Origin: Eledone cirrhosa
Taxonomy: Eukaryota
DNA: 64,000 bases
Direction: 5' to 3'
Assembly (NCBI GenBank): GCA_964016885.1
Contig: OZ024744.1
Coordinates: forward strand, 35,774,001 to 35,838,000
The notes beneath the pieces were generated by a model. That model made no database searches, was not told the origin of the DNA, and saw nothing but the letters and a program-made list of their open reading frames with translations. Within the stretch, counting starts at the first letter, position 1, and each line of letters opens with the position of its first letter. Positions 39,874-54,145 of this stretch are shown here, one piece after another. The position numbers and the translations under genes are program-made.

Positions 39874-40790
39874 TCTCTCTCTCTATAAAATTCTTTGTCT
39901 GTCCGTCTGTCTGTCTTTTCCTATTCATTCTCTAACAGCTGGACCAAATAAAATAAAATTTTACAAGGTAATTGTATTAGATTCCAGGAGTGTCGACATG
40001 TAATTTTTATTTTCATTTGTATTAAACAATATAACAATTTATCTAAATAATATTTTTATACTCAACCAAAGTAAACCACCACCAACACCTCGACGATGAC
40101 GACGTCACATTTTGTATATGAGTGTGTATGTGAGTGTGTGTGTGTTTGAGCGTTCGTTATGTACGTTAGGCCTCAGAGAATTAAACACACACACATCTAC
40201 ACATACATACACATAATGTGTGTGAGTGTATGTGAGAGTGTAGACGTCACATTTTATATGTGTATGTGTCTGTCTTAGTATATGTATGTGAATGTATGTA
40301 AATGTATGTTAGAGTGTATGTGTTTGTGAGTGTATGTGAGAGTGTATATGTATGTGAGCGTATGCGTGTTGACTGACATAACGACATTTTATTTAGTCAA
40401 CTATAGTAAACCACGACGACGACGACGTCACATTTTGTATATGAGTGAGTATGTGTCTGTGATTGTGTGTGTGTTTGCGAGTTCGTTACGTACGAGAATT
40501 AAACACACACACATTTACACATACATATCACTGTGGTAAGCTGCATACACATTATCTTCATACAAAGACAATTAAATACACACACATCTACACATACAGA
40601 TACATATGTGATGACGGACAGGTGGGCGTGAATGTATGTCTCTGTGTGTGTCTATCTTAGTGTATATATGAGTGTATGTGTGTGTGAGTATATGTGTGTA
40701 AGTGTATGTGAGCGTATATGTGTGTGTGCGTGTATGCGTGATAATTTTTATTTTCATTTGGATTTAAAACAACACCGGGTAATTCGGCTA

Positions 40791-40791
<1 letters not shown>
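39874..40791 (+). mobile_element. Non-autonomous Helitron-like element
   Basis: A^TC start followed by (GTCT)n-like repeat; 3' end CCGG gtaat TCGG CTAG; internal duplicated blocks. Confidence 0.6.
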
Positions 40792-40889
<98 letters not shown>

Positions 40890-41029
40890 GAATAGCTTTC
40901 ACCGTACTTTTGACTAAATAAATTTTAGTCTGATAATGGGGTTTAGAACCCTCAGGTAAATGGAAAAAGATGAGTATTGCGTTGATATACATACATACAT
41001 ACACCCACCCCCCACATATATATATATAT

Positions 41030-41526
41030 AAAAGTGAAGAATAACATGGTCAACAGTACAAACAAGGAGATTTATTTACAGTCTAACAATTGTTTCCATG
41101 ATAGAGTTGTCTAGAAATTTATAAACACTGAAGACAGCATAACTCAATTTAAAATGCATGCAAACTCCATCATCTCATCAGAAACTGATAAGAAATACAA
41201 AATACATGCGTAACGGTAAACTTATGAATTCAAATTACTACATCATTTTTCCCCTTTCCTTTCCATCTGTCCCCCCTTCCTTTATTTCTTTTTCATTAAT
41301 ACTATTATTGATGTAGTAATTTGAATTTATAAGTTTACCGTTACGCATGTATTTTGTATTTCTTATCAGTTTCTGATGAAATGATGGAGGTTGCATGTTT
41401 TTAAATTGAGTTATGCTGTCTTCAGTGTTTAGCAATTTCTAGACAAATCTATCATGGAAACAATTGTTAGACTGTAAATAAATCTCCTTGTTTGTCCTCC
41501 TGTTGACCATGTTTTTCTTCACTTTT
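41030..41526. mobile_element. Fold-back element with two divergent long-stem-II hammerheads (41079-41187 minus; 41367-41474 plus)
   Basis: Arms 41030-41245/41309-41526; CAGTTT-CTGATGA-a-ATGATGGA...TCTATCAT-g-GAAA-CAATTG-TT-AGACTG. Confidence 0.88.
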
Positions 41527-41848
41527 TTATTACTCCAAGATATATTTATATAGGAATACAAGTGAAGTCATAAACTCGTCACCCACGTAAACCTCTTGTT
41601 GAGTCACACAGCACCGTACACTTAAACTGTCCATGATAAGTAGTTTTCACAGACTCTTATCGGATTACCTTTAACGATTTATTGTTATCCCCCCCCCCCC
41701 CATATATATATATATATATATATATTAATAAATATTTGCTCTACGGTTCTTATATATTTGATATATATTTATCCTTATCGAGCCCTATTTGGATTTTAGT
41801 CTTCAAATTTATTATTATTACTATATATATATATATATATATAAATAT

Positions 41849-42028
41849 GTTTACCGTTACGCATGTATTTTGTATTTCTTATCATTTTCTGATGAAATGA
41901 TGTAAGTTGCATGTATTTTAAATTGAGTCTTCAGTGTTTAGCAATTTCTAGACAAATCTATCATGGAAACAATTGTTAGACTGTAAATAAATCTCCTTGT
42001 TTGTACTGTTGACCATGTTATTCTTCAA
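41849..42028 (+). mobile_element. Solo copy of the same pLTR, hammerhead at 41883-41983
   Basis: Collinear with 41334-41520, with a small deletion inside stem II; follows (TA)n. Confidence 0.85.
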
Positions 42029-42445
42029 TTACCTCATTCAGGTTAGCAACCTTTATGCAATAAACTAAAGTACTCAACGTTATGTAAATCATATATCGTA
42101 GATGTAGTATCTCATGGCTGGTGCAGCAACGGTGCTGAATATTTCAAAGACAAGAGCAGGCCGGATACCAAATATTCTGTTATTACAGTTTGTCACATTA
42201 ATAACACCGTATGGCGTGCTGTCTCCAGATTAAATCTATTCTCTGTTTATGTTTGTCGTAATCCTGTAATTGATTACCTAATCTTTGAAATGTTCACTTG
42301 ATTACGTCGTCAAAGTCTTATGTCATGATCTGATGATATAATCATTACATAGAAATACGTATGATTTTTCATCATTAAAAGAATATTTGGAATCCGGCTT
42401 TCTATTGTCTTTGAAATGTATACACACAAACATACACACACACAC

Positions 42446-42480
<35 letters not shown>

Positions 42481-43219
42481 TGTATGTATGTATGTATGTA
42501 TGTATGTATGTATGTATGTATGTATGTATGTATGTATGTATGTATGTTTATGTATGTATAATATATGTATGCATAGATGCTTATATAGATGCCTATATAG
42601 ATGCTTATATAATTGCAATGAATACTACATCGGCAACACAATTCGACGCTTGCATATAGGAATACACCACCACAAATTTAATTAATCATACACGATGATA
42701 CACATTAGAAAACAACCAGATATTTGTGATAACCTATTCTATCTACCACGTTGAGTAAAACCCAACTAGTAAGTTGCTTTATCCTTTTTGTATACACACG
42801 CATCTACCCAACAAAACAAACGCTGTGAGAGTTGCCTACAAAAAACAGATACATGAAACATAAATCCTAAATGAACACATCATTCTTTATATTGACTTTA
42901 TCTTCTCAGCGTTTTGTAAAATCCCAAGAGATAGGTTACGTATACACAATGTTTGTTGACATTTATAAGCTGAGATTCAACTATCTAATTTTAGGTTGTA
43001 AGAGTTGCCATGGTCTCTTCGCTTACTGGTTTAAAGCGCCTGACCTGTATCTGGGAGATATGGGGATCGATTTGTCAGAGCGGACAATTGCAGCTTCTTT
43101 TCCCGTCTTTAAGGATCTTCACCCTATTGTATAAGCATCTATACGCATGATTACACCATTCTTTATATATATATATATATATGATAATAATGATGGCTGC
43201 GCGTTGCAAATGGTGGTGC

Positions 43220-44096
43220 ATATGAAAAAGTAAGTCCTTCATCAGTGACCCTCCAACCGTCCCAGGCATTTCATCGCTTTAAGGGCCATATGCCTCAGGT
43301 TGGTGCGAACAACGGCTAAAAAAGTCGTTGGGACACGTAAATAAAGGGGACGTTAGGGTAACAAACAAAATGGTTTAAGCAACGGAACTTTCACTCACTC
43401 ATTCTCTGTCACTACCTCTCCTCCTCCTCTTTCCTCCTCCTCCTTCAAGTTTGACCTGTGTGTAATTCTTTTCTCGCGCGGTCTTGGTCAAGCTAGTATG
43501 GAATTTTTTTCTCTCTCTCTCTTTCGTCTGCGACTTCACAAAACTTATGTTTACCGAATTCGTAGACCAGACCCCTTCTTCTTCTTCTTCTTCTTCTTCT
43601 TCTTCTTCTTCTTCTTCTTCTTCTTCTTCTTCTTCTTCTTCTTCTTCTTCTTCTTCTTCTTCTTCTTCTTCTTCTTCTTCTTCTTCTTCTTCTTCTTCTT
43701 CTTCTTCTTCTTCTTCTTCTTCTTCTTCTTCTTCTTCTTCTTCTTCTTCTTCTTCTTCTTCTTCTTCTTCTTCTTCTTCTTCTTCTTCTTTTTCTTCTTC
43801 TTCTTCTTCCCCCCCGTTAGACCTGTGCGAAATTCCTTCCTTGCTCACATTTCAACCAGGTTTGATGGTCTCTTGTTCACGATTTCACCGAGTTTATATT
43901 CATAGAGATCTGGGACTTGTCTATTTCTTCTCACTTTCCGTTGCTTAAACCATTTTGTTTGTTACCCTAACGTCCCCTTTATTTACGTGTCCCAACGACT
44001 TTTTTTAGCCGTTGTTCGCACCAACCTGAGGCATATGGCCCTTAAAGCGATGAAATGCCTGGGACGGTTGGAGGGTCACTGATGAAGGACTTACTT

Positions 44097-44104
<8 letters not shown>
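43220..44104. repeat. ~170 bp inverted repeats enclosing ~550 bp that includes a long (CTT)n tract
   Basis: 43220-43387 mirrors 43936-44104; (CTT)n at ~43575-43809. Confidence 0.85.
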
Positions 44105-44142
<38 letters not shown>

Positions 44143-44159
44143 CATTACTATGCATAAAC

Positions 44160-44284
44160 TATAATAATTGTTTCTACTTTTGGCACAAGGCCAGCAATTA
44201 TCCCAGTGTATTACTGGTACTTTATTTTATCGACCCCGTAAGGATGAAAGGTAAAGTGAAACTCGGCGGGATTTGAACTCAGAC
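44160..44284 (-). mobile_element. 5'-truncated SINE
   Basis: Same sequence as 13525-13640. Confidence 0.9.
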
Positions 44285-44800
44285 TAGAGGATAACTATAA
44301 ATAATATTTGGATAAGTCGGGTAAAGTACTACAGTGATGGAAAAATATATACAGAGACCCCGCAAGCATTTCTGTTTAATTTTCTTCGTCTCCAATTCCG
44401 TGGAATTGAATGACAGACACCAGATATAAAATACATTATGTCCCCACCTAGTATGCATCAAAACATATCGTTAGCGACATCAGATATAAAAACCATTACT
44501 TGTGGAATTGACAAAGCAACATATTTAGCAAAAGAGAAAATGTAAATGTCATAAGCGACAGACAGATGCAGGACAGCGTTAATAGAACAGAACTTAGAAT
44601 AGCAGAAAACGATTACGTAGTCGATAAGCAGATGCAGAGCACTACTGAACTAGCTAATAGAAATACGATTACACAATTTCAGAAAATATAAAAACTTTAC
44701 AAAACAGGATCTGAAATATGCAGACATTGAGTCAACTAAGTAAAGTAAAAATGAAATAACGACCCCCATAGTCAATTCTTAAATACTAAACAACAACTTA

Positions 44801-44861
<61 letters not shown>

Positions 44862-44873
44862 TGTGTGTGTGTG

Positions 44874-44940
<67 letters not shown>

Positions 44941-45964
44941 TTTTTTTTTTGGGGGGGGGGGGGTGATAAAGAAAGAGAAAAGAATCTCGTCCCAACATAA
45001 ATATACCCTGCCCCAAATACCGATATTAAACAGTTCTCGCCTGATCAGCGCAGTAGCATGAAACTCGAGCTATAACAAAAAAGCTTTCAATAAATAATAC
45101 ACTCTGCATCTGCATCATGTACTGAGAATTTAGTTCGTATTTCGTTGATAACTCGTAACATTTGAACACACATACATAACCATATAATTATGCATATATA
45201 TATACATACATGCATACATATATTGATACATATGTACAAGCAAACGTACATGCATACACACACACACGCACACACAAACACACACACTGTGTGTGTGTAT
45301 ATATATATATATAGTGTATACATATATGGATATGTAGAAACACATACAGAAACATTGCGTAACTAGAAATATATGATTATTAAATTTATAATGAAATCAA
45401 TAATAGCATGTAAGGTTTAAAGTAGCGTTAATGGGGTTAACAGCGGGTTAGAGTTTGTGGGTGTACAGTAGACGGCTAGTTGATATTTGTAAGTTTTATG
45501 TATGATTTCATTTTTATCAATGGTAATATTTTTCTAGTCAAGCGACACATCACTCACACATACATACAAATACACACACAGACGCGCACGCACACGCGCA
45601 CAAGCACGCAACACACATACACACACACACATGCACACACACACGCACACACACACACGCACACATACACACGCACACACACATACACATGCACATACAC
45701 ACACACAGACGTACACACACATGCACACACGCAGACACACACACACATAAACACATACGCACACACACAGACACACCTATACACATGCACACACACGCAG
45801 ACATATACGCATATACACATGCACAACGACACTCAAACGCATACTCTCACGCACGCAAACACGCACAATCGCATACGTCAAACACACGTAGGTAGATGCA
45901 CATGCACATTCTTTCGCACTCACACATAGTCACACACATACGGATGCTTCCACACACAGACAGA

Positions 45965-46020
<56 letters not shown>

Positions 46021-46027
<7 letters not shown>

Positions 46028-47422
46028 GTGAGGTTTTTTTTACAGAATGAAAAATAACCGAGGTGTCCTACACGAATGAAAGTATAAAGAAAAAAAGATG
46101 AAATCGAAAATGCAACCACAGACCCCCCATCTCAACTCTACTTTTGAAAACCAGTGGTTCTATGGAGGGAGTGTGGTGTACTGGTGTGTGTGTGTAGTTT
46201 GATGAAGAGGTGTTAGTGGGTGTTAGTATACGGGAGGTGGGGAGGGGTTGAATGCAGGTGTGAGTGGGGGTTAGTGGTGGTAGGGTGTGTAGAGTTGGTG
46301 GTGTACGAGGGTGTGTGGGTACGTGTGCGTGGGGTTGGGGTGTGTTAGTGATGTTAGTTGCATGTGGGGTGGGTGGTGTAAGTGGGTGCGTGTGTTCGTG
46401 TGCTTGGGGTTAGGGGGTGTTAGTGAGGTTAGTTGCGGGGTGGTGGGATGGAGGTGTGGGGGTGAGAGTGTGGGGGTGAGGGTTAGTGGTGGTAGTAGGG
46501 TGTGTGTTTAGTGTGAGCGCGTGTATATATGTGCCGGTGGGTGTGTGCGTGTGATAAGGAGGGGGAGGAGAAGAAGAGGGGAGGGATGTTAGTATGTTAG
46601 TTGGGGAAGGGTGGTCAGATGAGGGGTGGGGTGGAGGTGTTAGTATTGTTAGTTGTGGGGTGGGCGGTGAAAAGGAGGGGTGTGTTAGTGGTGTTAGTGG
46701 GGGATACGTGTGGGGGGAGGGGGCGGTCGAAGGCTAAAGGAATAAGGGTGGGGAGTTCAGGCTGAGGGGAGTGTGTGTCTGTAAGATGAAGATAGTTCGT
46801 TGTTCGACCGTAAGGCGATTGGCGGGTGTTCCGTGGCACTGGAGTAGGCCACAGACTGTGAGATGGCGTGCGGAATGTCCAGGGCCACCAAAGTGGCGGG
46901 CGATGGGGGAACTGCCCCCGAGACGAATATCCCGGAGGTGCTCCGTGAATCGGTCCGCCAGGCGACGTCCCGTCTGTCCGACATAAGTCCGTAGACTAGT
47001 TTGGAGGAGGTGCAGCGGAAGGCATGCCGGACCGAGAGAGAGAGTGGCCGTTGGGACCCTGGAAGGTGGTGGTGTTGGTCATGTGGGGACAGGTGTTGCA
47101 GCGGGGCCTAGAACAGGGAAAGGAACTGGGGGGGGGGGAACACAGCGTGGGTTGGGAGGTAGGGAGCTGTGGACGAGGAGGGTGCGGAGATTGCGTGCGC
47201 GTTTGAAGGAGGGGAGTGGTGGGGTTGGGAAGATGTGGGAGGTGGAGGGGTCGGACTGGAGGCGTCGGAAGAGGCGGCGGATGGTGCGGTGGAGGGGTGG
47301 TAGGTGATGGGGAAGGGGAGACGGTGGGTGGGTGTGCGGTGGCGTGAAATGAGGGTGGTGCAGCGGGGGACAGCACGGGCGCGGGTGAGAGCGGTGTGGA
47401 CGAGAGAGGGGGGTAACCTCTG

Positions 47423-47425
<3 letters not shown>
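46021..47425 (-). mobile_element. Neptune-like PLE 3' fragment (thumb, Cys linker, GIY-YIG), frameshifted, between (TA)n runs
   Basis: RRGYPP / SLVHTALTRARAVPR / PITYHP / PCSRPRCNTCPH; manual frame gives YVGQTGRRLADRFTEHLRDIR...PIARHF...EQRTIF. Confidence 0.8.
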
Positions 47426-47475
<50 letters not shown>

Positions 47476-47526
47476 ATAATAAATTGTGGACAGGAAGCAC
47501 ACTATTTAGGATATATATATATATAT

Positions 47527-49250
47527 GAAAACAGGGAGAAAGAGACGATTATGAGGAAGAAAAATACATTTTTTTTCCTTTTTTGTTTTTCTCTCTCTCT
47601 TTTTTCTGGGTTAGAAAATGATTAAAACGAAATGTTTTACTTTGTGTGAAGTGTTAAGGTATTAGTTGATTTATTTATTATTTAACAATGGCATTTATTT
47701 ATCTATTTATATATTTCATTATTGTCTATTACCGGTTTCAGCATTTATATGCATTATGAAATGATAGTGAAATGTATTAGTGTGGCAATTCCTTATAACC
47801 TAGCCAGAAGGATCTGCACAATAGTTTCAGATAAATAAACATGCTACACATGACTAGAAGAATTAAAAAAACACACTTATCAGCGGAAAATACCCACCAT
47901 CCCTAATCACCAATGGATTCCAACGTGCCCTAAAACTAGACATCCAGGAACTCAGACACCCCAAACCCAGGAATGAACCGCAACAAAAAAACTCTACCAT
48001 ACATCTCCACACACAACCCCCTTAACAATGAGGCATTCGACACCATCCTCCAGAACATTCCTTTACTAAAATGAACAATATCCTCCAAACGCACAACATC
48101 ATAAAGAGCAAAAGACAACCCAAATCCATAAAAAACATCCTCACACAAGCCAAAATCCAACAAACCCTCACAATGAACCCTACAGTAACAAAATACGGAA
48201 GGCCCAACTGTGGCATATGCATAATTCTAATAGAAGGTTCAACATTCCATTTTAAACAAGGACAACGTTTCACAGTTAAACACAACTTTACATGTGCATC
48301 TGAAAACCTTATCTATGTTTTGACCTGCTCAGGTTGTCAAGAGCACTACATAGGAGAGACAAAAATCAGCCTCCATCAACGTAGACCGTCCATAAATCAT
48401 ACATTAAAATACAGGAATACAGAAAGATTGCATTTAGTGAACATATCGCCAATTGTGCTCTCAACCAACATCCAAACTTTAAAATTTCCCCATTTACAAA
48501 TTCATAGACAACGTTACTTTCATCCAACGCAGAAATAAGGAAACACATTTCATTAATAAATTTCAACCACTACTCAATGCTCCAAAAATCGGACCAATCT
48601 AAAACTGAAACAAACCATCAAATATTTACAAGAGTTACCTCCCTCACACCCTACCTAATCCTTTTTCTTAAATAAATTAAATATCACCCAGCAAGAATTG
48701 CTTTACCCTGCATATTAACTCTCTAAAAAGGGAAATCATATCAAACCACAGTCCACCATTTGCCTCCTTCATGGAACCATGGTTCAACTAAGCACTCTTG
48801 CTAGATTAACACATTTTGAACTGCTTAACTTCAATGACTGTGCTTGTAAATAACATTATTTTTTCTTCCACATTGATTTTTAACGTTCCACATTATGCAC
48901 GTTTTTTTTTTCCTTTTTCTTTTTTCTTTTTACTTCTTAGACCTTGTTTCTATATAACATATTCTTTCTACACCTTCTGTTTAACATGTGAGACACCACA
49001 CTAATACATTTCACTATCATTTGATAATGCATAAAAATGCTGAAACCGGTAATAGACAATAATTAAATATATAAATAGATAAATAAATGCCATTGTTAAA
49101 TAATAAATAAATCATCTAAGACCTTAACACTTCACACAAAGTAAAACATTTCGTTTTAATCATTTTCTAACCCAGAAAAAAGAGAGAAAGAAACAAAAAA
49201 GGAAAAAAAATATATTTTCCTTCCTCATAATCGTCTCTTTCTCCCTGTTT

Positions 49251-49251
<1 letters not shown>
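47527..49251 (+). mobile_element. Neptune-like PLE 3' fragment with ~260 bp inverted pLTR
   Basis: 47527-47785 mirrors 48996-49251; ORF 48071-48538 has NCGIC...FTCASENLIYVLTCSGCQEHYIGETK; (TA)n on both sides. Confidence 0.9.
49014..49055 (+). ncRNA. Putative U3-A8 variant hammerhead in pLTR
   Basis: TTGATAA-t-GCAT aaaa ATGC-t-GAAA-CCGG-TA-atag; the inverted copy at 47726-47767 has G5 changed to C. Confidence 0.6.
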
Positions 49252-49304
<53 letters not shown>

Positions 49305-49314
49305 TTATATACAT

Positions 49315-49353
<39 letters not shown>

Positions 49354-49402
49354 CATATAAACATATTTATATACGTATATATATATATATATATATATAC
49401 AC

Positions 49403-49528
<126 letters not shown>

Positions 49529-49540
49529 AATATATATATA

Positions 49541-49662
<122 letters not shown>

Positions 49663-50117
49663 TATATACGCGCATTCCCATACACACGAGCATACTGATT
49701 CATATTCACATATATAGTCATGCTATTACGGATGTCCGCTTATTTTCCCACCACGCTCACGCACGCATGTACGCGTACATATATTATGACCGAAAATCTA
49801 ATTATTTATTTGAAGACTAAAAAATATTGCATACAATACATTACATATAAATCAGTATATGCCGTTATAAGCATCCAATGTAGTATATCAATTTAATTGC
49901 CCATAGGGAAGTTGCAAACCACGTGATAATGTGTCTTATTTACCTAAGATATGATGAAAATATAATTAAGTGCATTCTAATTAATCGAATTGTATAAAAC
50001 CAACCACAACAATGCTAACAACAGTTTTAAAAAATAGTTCACTAATTAGGAATTTTGAAATTTTTTAAAAATCTCTTCAAGCGATATATATATACACACA
50101 CACACACACGCACACAC

Positions 50118-50269
<152 letters not shown>

Positions 50270-50360
50270 GTATATAAAAGGTAAACACAAATAACAACAC
50301 AAACGGTACAATATATGGAAGGAATATATTAGCTTAACGCTTGAAATAGCAGGAAGAGGG

Positions 50361-50396
50361 TCTTAACGTTTCGGACGCTAGTCTTTCATCAGAAGA
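50361..50396 (-). ncRNA. Minimal type I hammerhead ribozyme
   Basis: TCTT-CTGATGA-aa-GAC tagc GTC-c-GAAA-CG-TT-AAGA; same family as 26764. Confidence 0.85.
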
Positions 50397-50469
50397 AAGA
50401 ATGAGGAATAAGATAGATTGAAGGGACGGGTGGGTTGATATTATATATATATATTTGTTTTGCAAGGCT

Positions 50470-50590
50470 TTCGATATGAAATCGTGTGTTGAAATAAATA
50501 TTGTTATATTTGGGGAGGGTTATATTGTAATAATATTGCAAGAAATAATAACAGAACACACTCACTGTTTGGTTTGGATTGGTTTTCGGT
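50470..50590 (-). mobile_element. Diverged 3'-terminal fragment of the 67-3009 PLE family
   Basis: Matches the reverse complement of ~2885-2995. Confidence 0.75.
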
Positions 50591-50619
50591 TATTATTATC
50601 ATGTTACGCCCCTTGATGG

Positions 50620-50712
50620 TCTGAGTTCAAATCTCGCCAAGGTTAACTTTGTCTTTCATCCTTACGGGGTCGATAAAATAAAGTACAGAAATACACTGGG
50701 TAATTGCTGCCC
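50620..50712 (+). mobile_element. SINE fragment
   Basis: ctgagttcaaatc...catccttacggggtcgataaaataaagtac. Confidence 0.85.
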
Positions 50713-50747
50713 TTAATACAGCACATTGATTATAATAATAATAATAA

Positions 50748-53275
50748 AAAAAACAGTATACATATATACTCATGTGCATATGCCTATGTAAATACAAGGA
50801 GAGATATCAATCTTACAGAGATAGTGCTCTTCTCAATACGTGTGCAGTACCAGTCAAAACAATTTTTGGCATATCGTGCAGAGAGGGTAAACCAGGAATC
50901 ATTCGCAAATATTGTTCTGTTCTTTTCTTGATCATACCCAGTCCTCCCACAATCACTGGTATTGTAATGGCCTTGAGGTGCCACATTTTCTCAATTTCAA
51001 TAAGCAGATCTTTATATTTTCGTAGCTTGTGAAACTCTTTTTTCGCGATATTGTGATCACATGGGATGCTCATATCTATCAACAAACAGACCTTGTTATG
51101 TTGATCTTTTATAATGATGTCAGGTCTATTTGCTTTTATGGTCCTGTCAGTATGTACAGGAAAGTCCCAGAGAATTGTTACTTTTTCTCTTTCAGTTACA
51201 GCCTCAGGGTGATGATTATACCACTTGTCTTCAGCTTTGATTTTGTAATGCCGACATATTACCCAGTGTAGATATTGGCCAACTCTGTCATGTCTATATT
51301 TGTATTCTACAAGTGCTAAATCTTTATATCCAGAGACTAAGTGATCCACTGTTTCAACCTCAGCATTGCAGAATCGGCACTTTGGGTTTATTCCATTTCT
51401 CATCACATTGGCTTGGTAATTACAAGTCAATAAGCTTTGATCTTGGGCAGCTAAGATGAATCCTTCACTTACCGCTTTTGGCCCTGAACTACCTAGCCAC
51501 TGATGGATGTGCTTTTAGTCAATATCAGCTTATTTGCTACGGGCCACATATTTGCCATGCAGAGGTTTCTGCTCGCAATTTGATGCTAATTGTCCTTGCC
51601 CTTTTGCTTTTGCCAGTGATTTTATGTGCCTAGCAGCATCAGTTGCAACAGTTTCTTTAGTCTGTCCAGCCTGGGTATCAAGCATGAGATCAGTAGCATA
51701 TTTGTTGCTCCCCTAGAATGAAGCTTCTTACTTCTCTCATGCTTTTCAACAAGTTTCAGCATACAGTCGTTAGTTGTTTCAAGGTATTTGGCCAGTCCAA
51801 TGATGGTGGTCTTGTAAGCAAGTTCAAACTGGTTCAGGCCACGGCCTCCACGAGTTCTAGGAAGGTAAAGACGATCCACATCTGCTTTTGAGTGGTGCAT
51901 CCTATTACAGGTCAGTAGCTTACGGACTTTGGTGTCAATTTTTTTGATTTCACTCATATTCCAGTTCAACACACCGAAGCTATAAGTGACAACTGGGACT
52001 GCCAAGAAATAATGGCTAGCACCTTGTTACGAGTGTTTAGTTCTGATCTCAGAACTGCACGTACTCTCATGTAACATTCTTTCATACTTGCATGCTGTAT
52101 GGCAGAGCCCTCATTAATCTCTAAGTATTTAGAGGTTTGTTCCTGCTCAAGTTCCTTTATGGTTGTTTCAGCATCCAATTCAACTGAATCTGAGTTGACA
52201 AGCTTCCCCTTCTTGAAAGTGGCTTTCGCATACTTGTCAAGTCCCAAATCCATCCTGATGTCATCGGTAAACGTTTTTACTGTCCGCAAAAGGCCTTCCA
52301 GTTCGTCATTATCTTTGCAATATAGCTTCAAATCATCCATATAAAATAGGTGGCTTATTTTTTTTTGTCAATTCTATAACCGTACCCTGTTCTATTAAGC
52401 TTGGATGTAAGGGGTATTAAAGCTATGCAGAAAAGCAAGGGTGAAAGTGAGTCACCCTGGAATATACTACAGTTGATGTTTATATTCCTAGAGCACAGTA
52501 CCCCAGTGGAATGAGACAGTTGGAGATTTGTGTTCCATAATGACATATTGTGCTTCAGGAAGTTTGAGATCATAGGTGAGATTTTGAAGATGTCCAGTGA
52601 TTTCAGAATCCATGAGTGTGATATGCTGTCAAAGGCTTTTTTATAATCATTTCTACAAACCTATTTGTGATTTGGTCAGATGGATGTCTTTCAGTAAAGA
52701 CTTGTGACTGGTTACTATCTCCAGGAGATTCTTCAGTTCTTTCATCATTTATATTTATGTAATTGTCCACAGCCTGCTTGATCGCAGTTAGTTCAGTGTC
52801 TGTGAGTCTATTATTTCTGAATGTATACCTCCTTACATTTGCCAACTTATTTCCATCCATATCATGCCTGCTAGCTTGATTCCGAGTTTTCCAGATTTTG
52901 TAGGAGTTTAAAGCGTGTCTGTCTTGTGATGGCTTACATAATGCATAGTAATATGCATATATTACTTCTTTATACTCTTCTCGGGTCCATTTCATCCTTT
53001 TAGGTTTTTCTTTTTTGAGGTGGTTTGGGTGGGGGATCTGGAGGGCTCGAGTTGGGGCAATCCCCGATCAAATGACCATCCAGGTCCATAATTGGAGAAG
53101 AGTTTGTGCCAGAGGGGGACTTTTTTCGATCTCAAGTTGGCACCTTCCTGGGGGATGCGCTTCCTCGCAGTACATGCTTGCGTTACGCATGGTATTGGAC
53201 GTACAAGAAAATTGTATGGGGGAAATATTAAAAAATATATATGCACCCTTCACATCTTCAGCCACAGAGATGATT
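50748..53275 (-). mobile_element. R4/Dong-like RLE LINE with a large internal deletion
   Basis: N-terminal KWTREEYKEV..YY; IFQGDSLSPLLF, YMDDLKLY, GGRGL, CRFC..ET.DH, RHD, NRPDIIIKD..LIDMS; early RT region missing at ~52650. Confidence 0.9.
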
Positions 53276-53372
53276 GCATAATAATTAGTCGGATTTTTGA
53301 TTAAACAGAACTTATCCCCCGAAATAAACAGTGTGTTTTCCGATCTATGTCTGTTTCTTTTCTTCAAATAAT

Positions 53373-53559
53373 TGTTTCTACTTTTGGCACAAGGCCAGCA
53401 TTTACTCAGTACATTACTGGTACTTTATTTTATCGACCCTGTAAGGATGAAAGGCATAATTAACCTCGGCCGGATTTCTTCAAATAATTATTTCTACTTT
53501 TAGGCACAAGGCCTGGAATTAACCAGTACATTACTGGTACTTTATTTTATCGACCCCGT
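53373..53559 (-). mobile_element. Two tandem 5'-truncated SINEs sharing a triplicated target site
   Basis: TCTTCAAATAAT at 53361, 53477 and 53560. Confidence 0.88.
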
Positions 53560-54145
53560 TCTTCAAATAATAATATGTAAACAGCGATTGTAATGAGTAA
53601 ATATATAAAAATATTTATGCAGTTCTCACAACTAGTGTCAGATTATTTGTAGAGATAAGTGGTGAAATAATTTGTCGAATTTTCGTGTTAGGAAATACCA
53701 AATTAAACAAAACTTACTCCTCGAAATAACCAACGTGTGTCGTCCGGTCTACGACTGTTTCTCTCCTTCAAATAGTTTTTCCTTTAAGTTCAAAGAGCGA
53801 ACGTCTGTATATCTGCATGTTTGTTTTGTTTACATTTTTCGTTGTGTTTATAATACATGTATGTGTAATAAAATTAATAGAGTTTGTTACTTACATATAT
53901 CGTTTTTCTTTTTGTTTTGATTTAAAATTCTGATTAGTGGTGCGGCTGATATTCAGTTTCTTTATTTACACATGTGGCCCGTTATTTTAATGAAGAAAAT
54001 TATGTTATAAGGACGATCCGTGTACAAACGTAGGCTTCTTTGGTATTCGTCTATTATGTTTCCACTTCGTTTTCTTAGTGTTTTTATTATTGTATTGTCG
54101 ATGGTGTTCGATTTATTTCAAATCTTGTGTGGAGCTTCGTTATGG

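Noticed and set aside
43399-43948. Poly-Glu, poly-Ser and poly-Phe ORFs
   Set aside because: Reading frames of the (CTT)n tract.
44050-44104. Hammerhead at CTGATGA
   Set aside because: No correctly placed GAAA and UH for type I, II or III topology.
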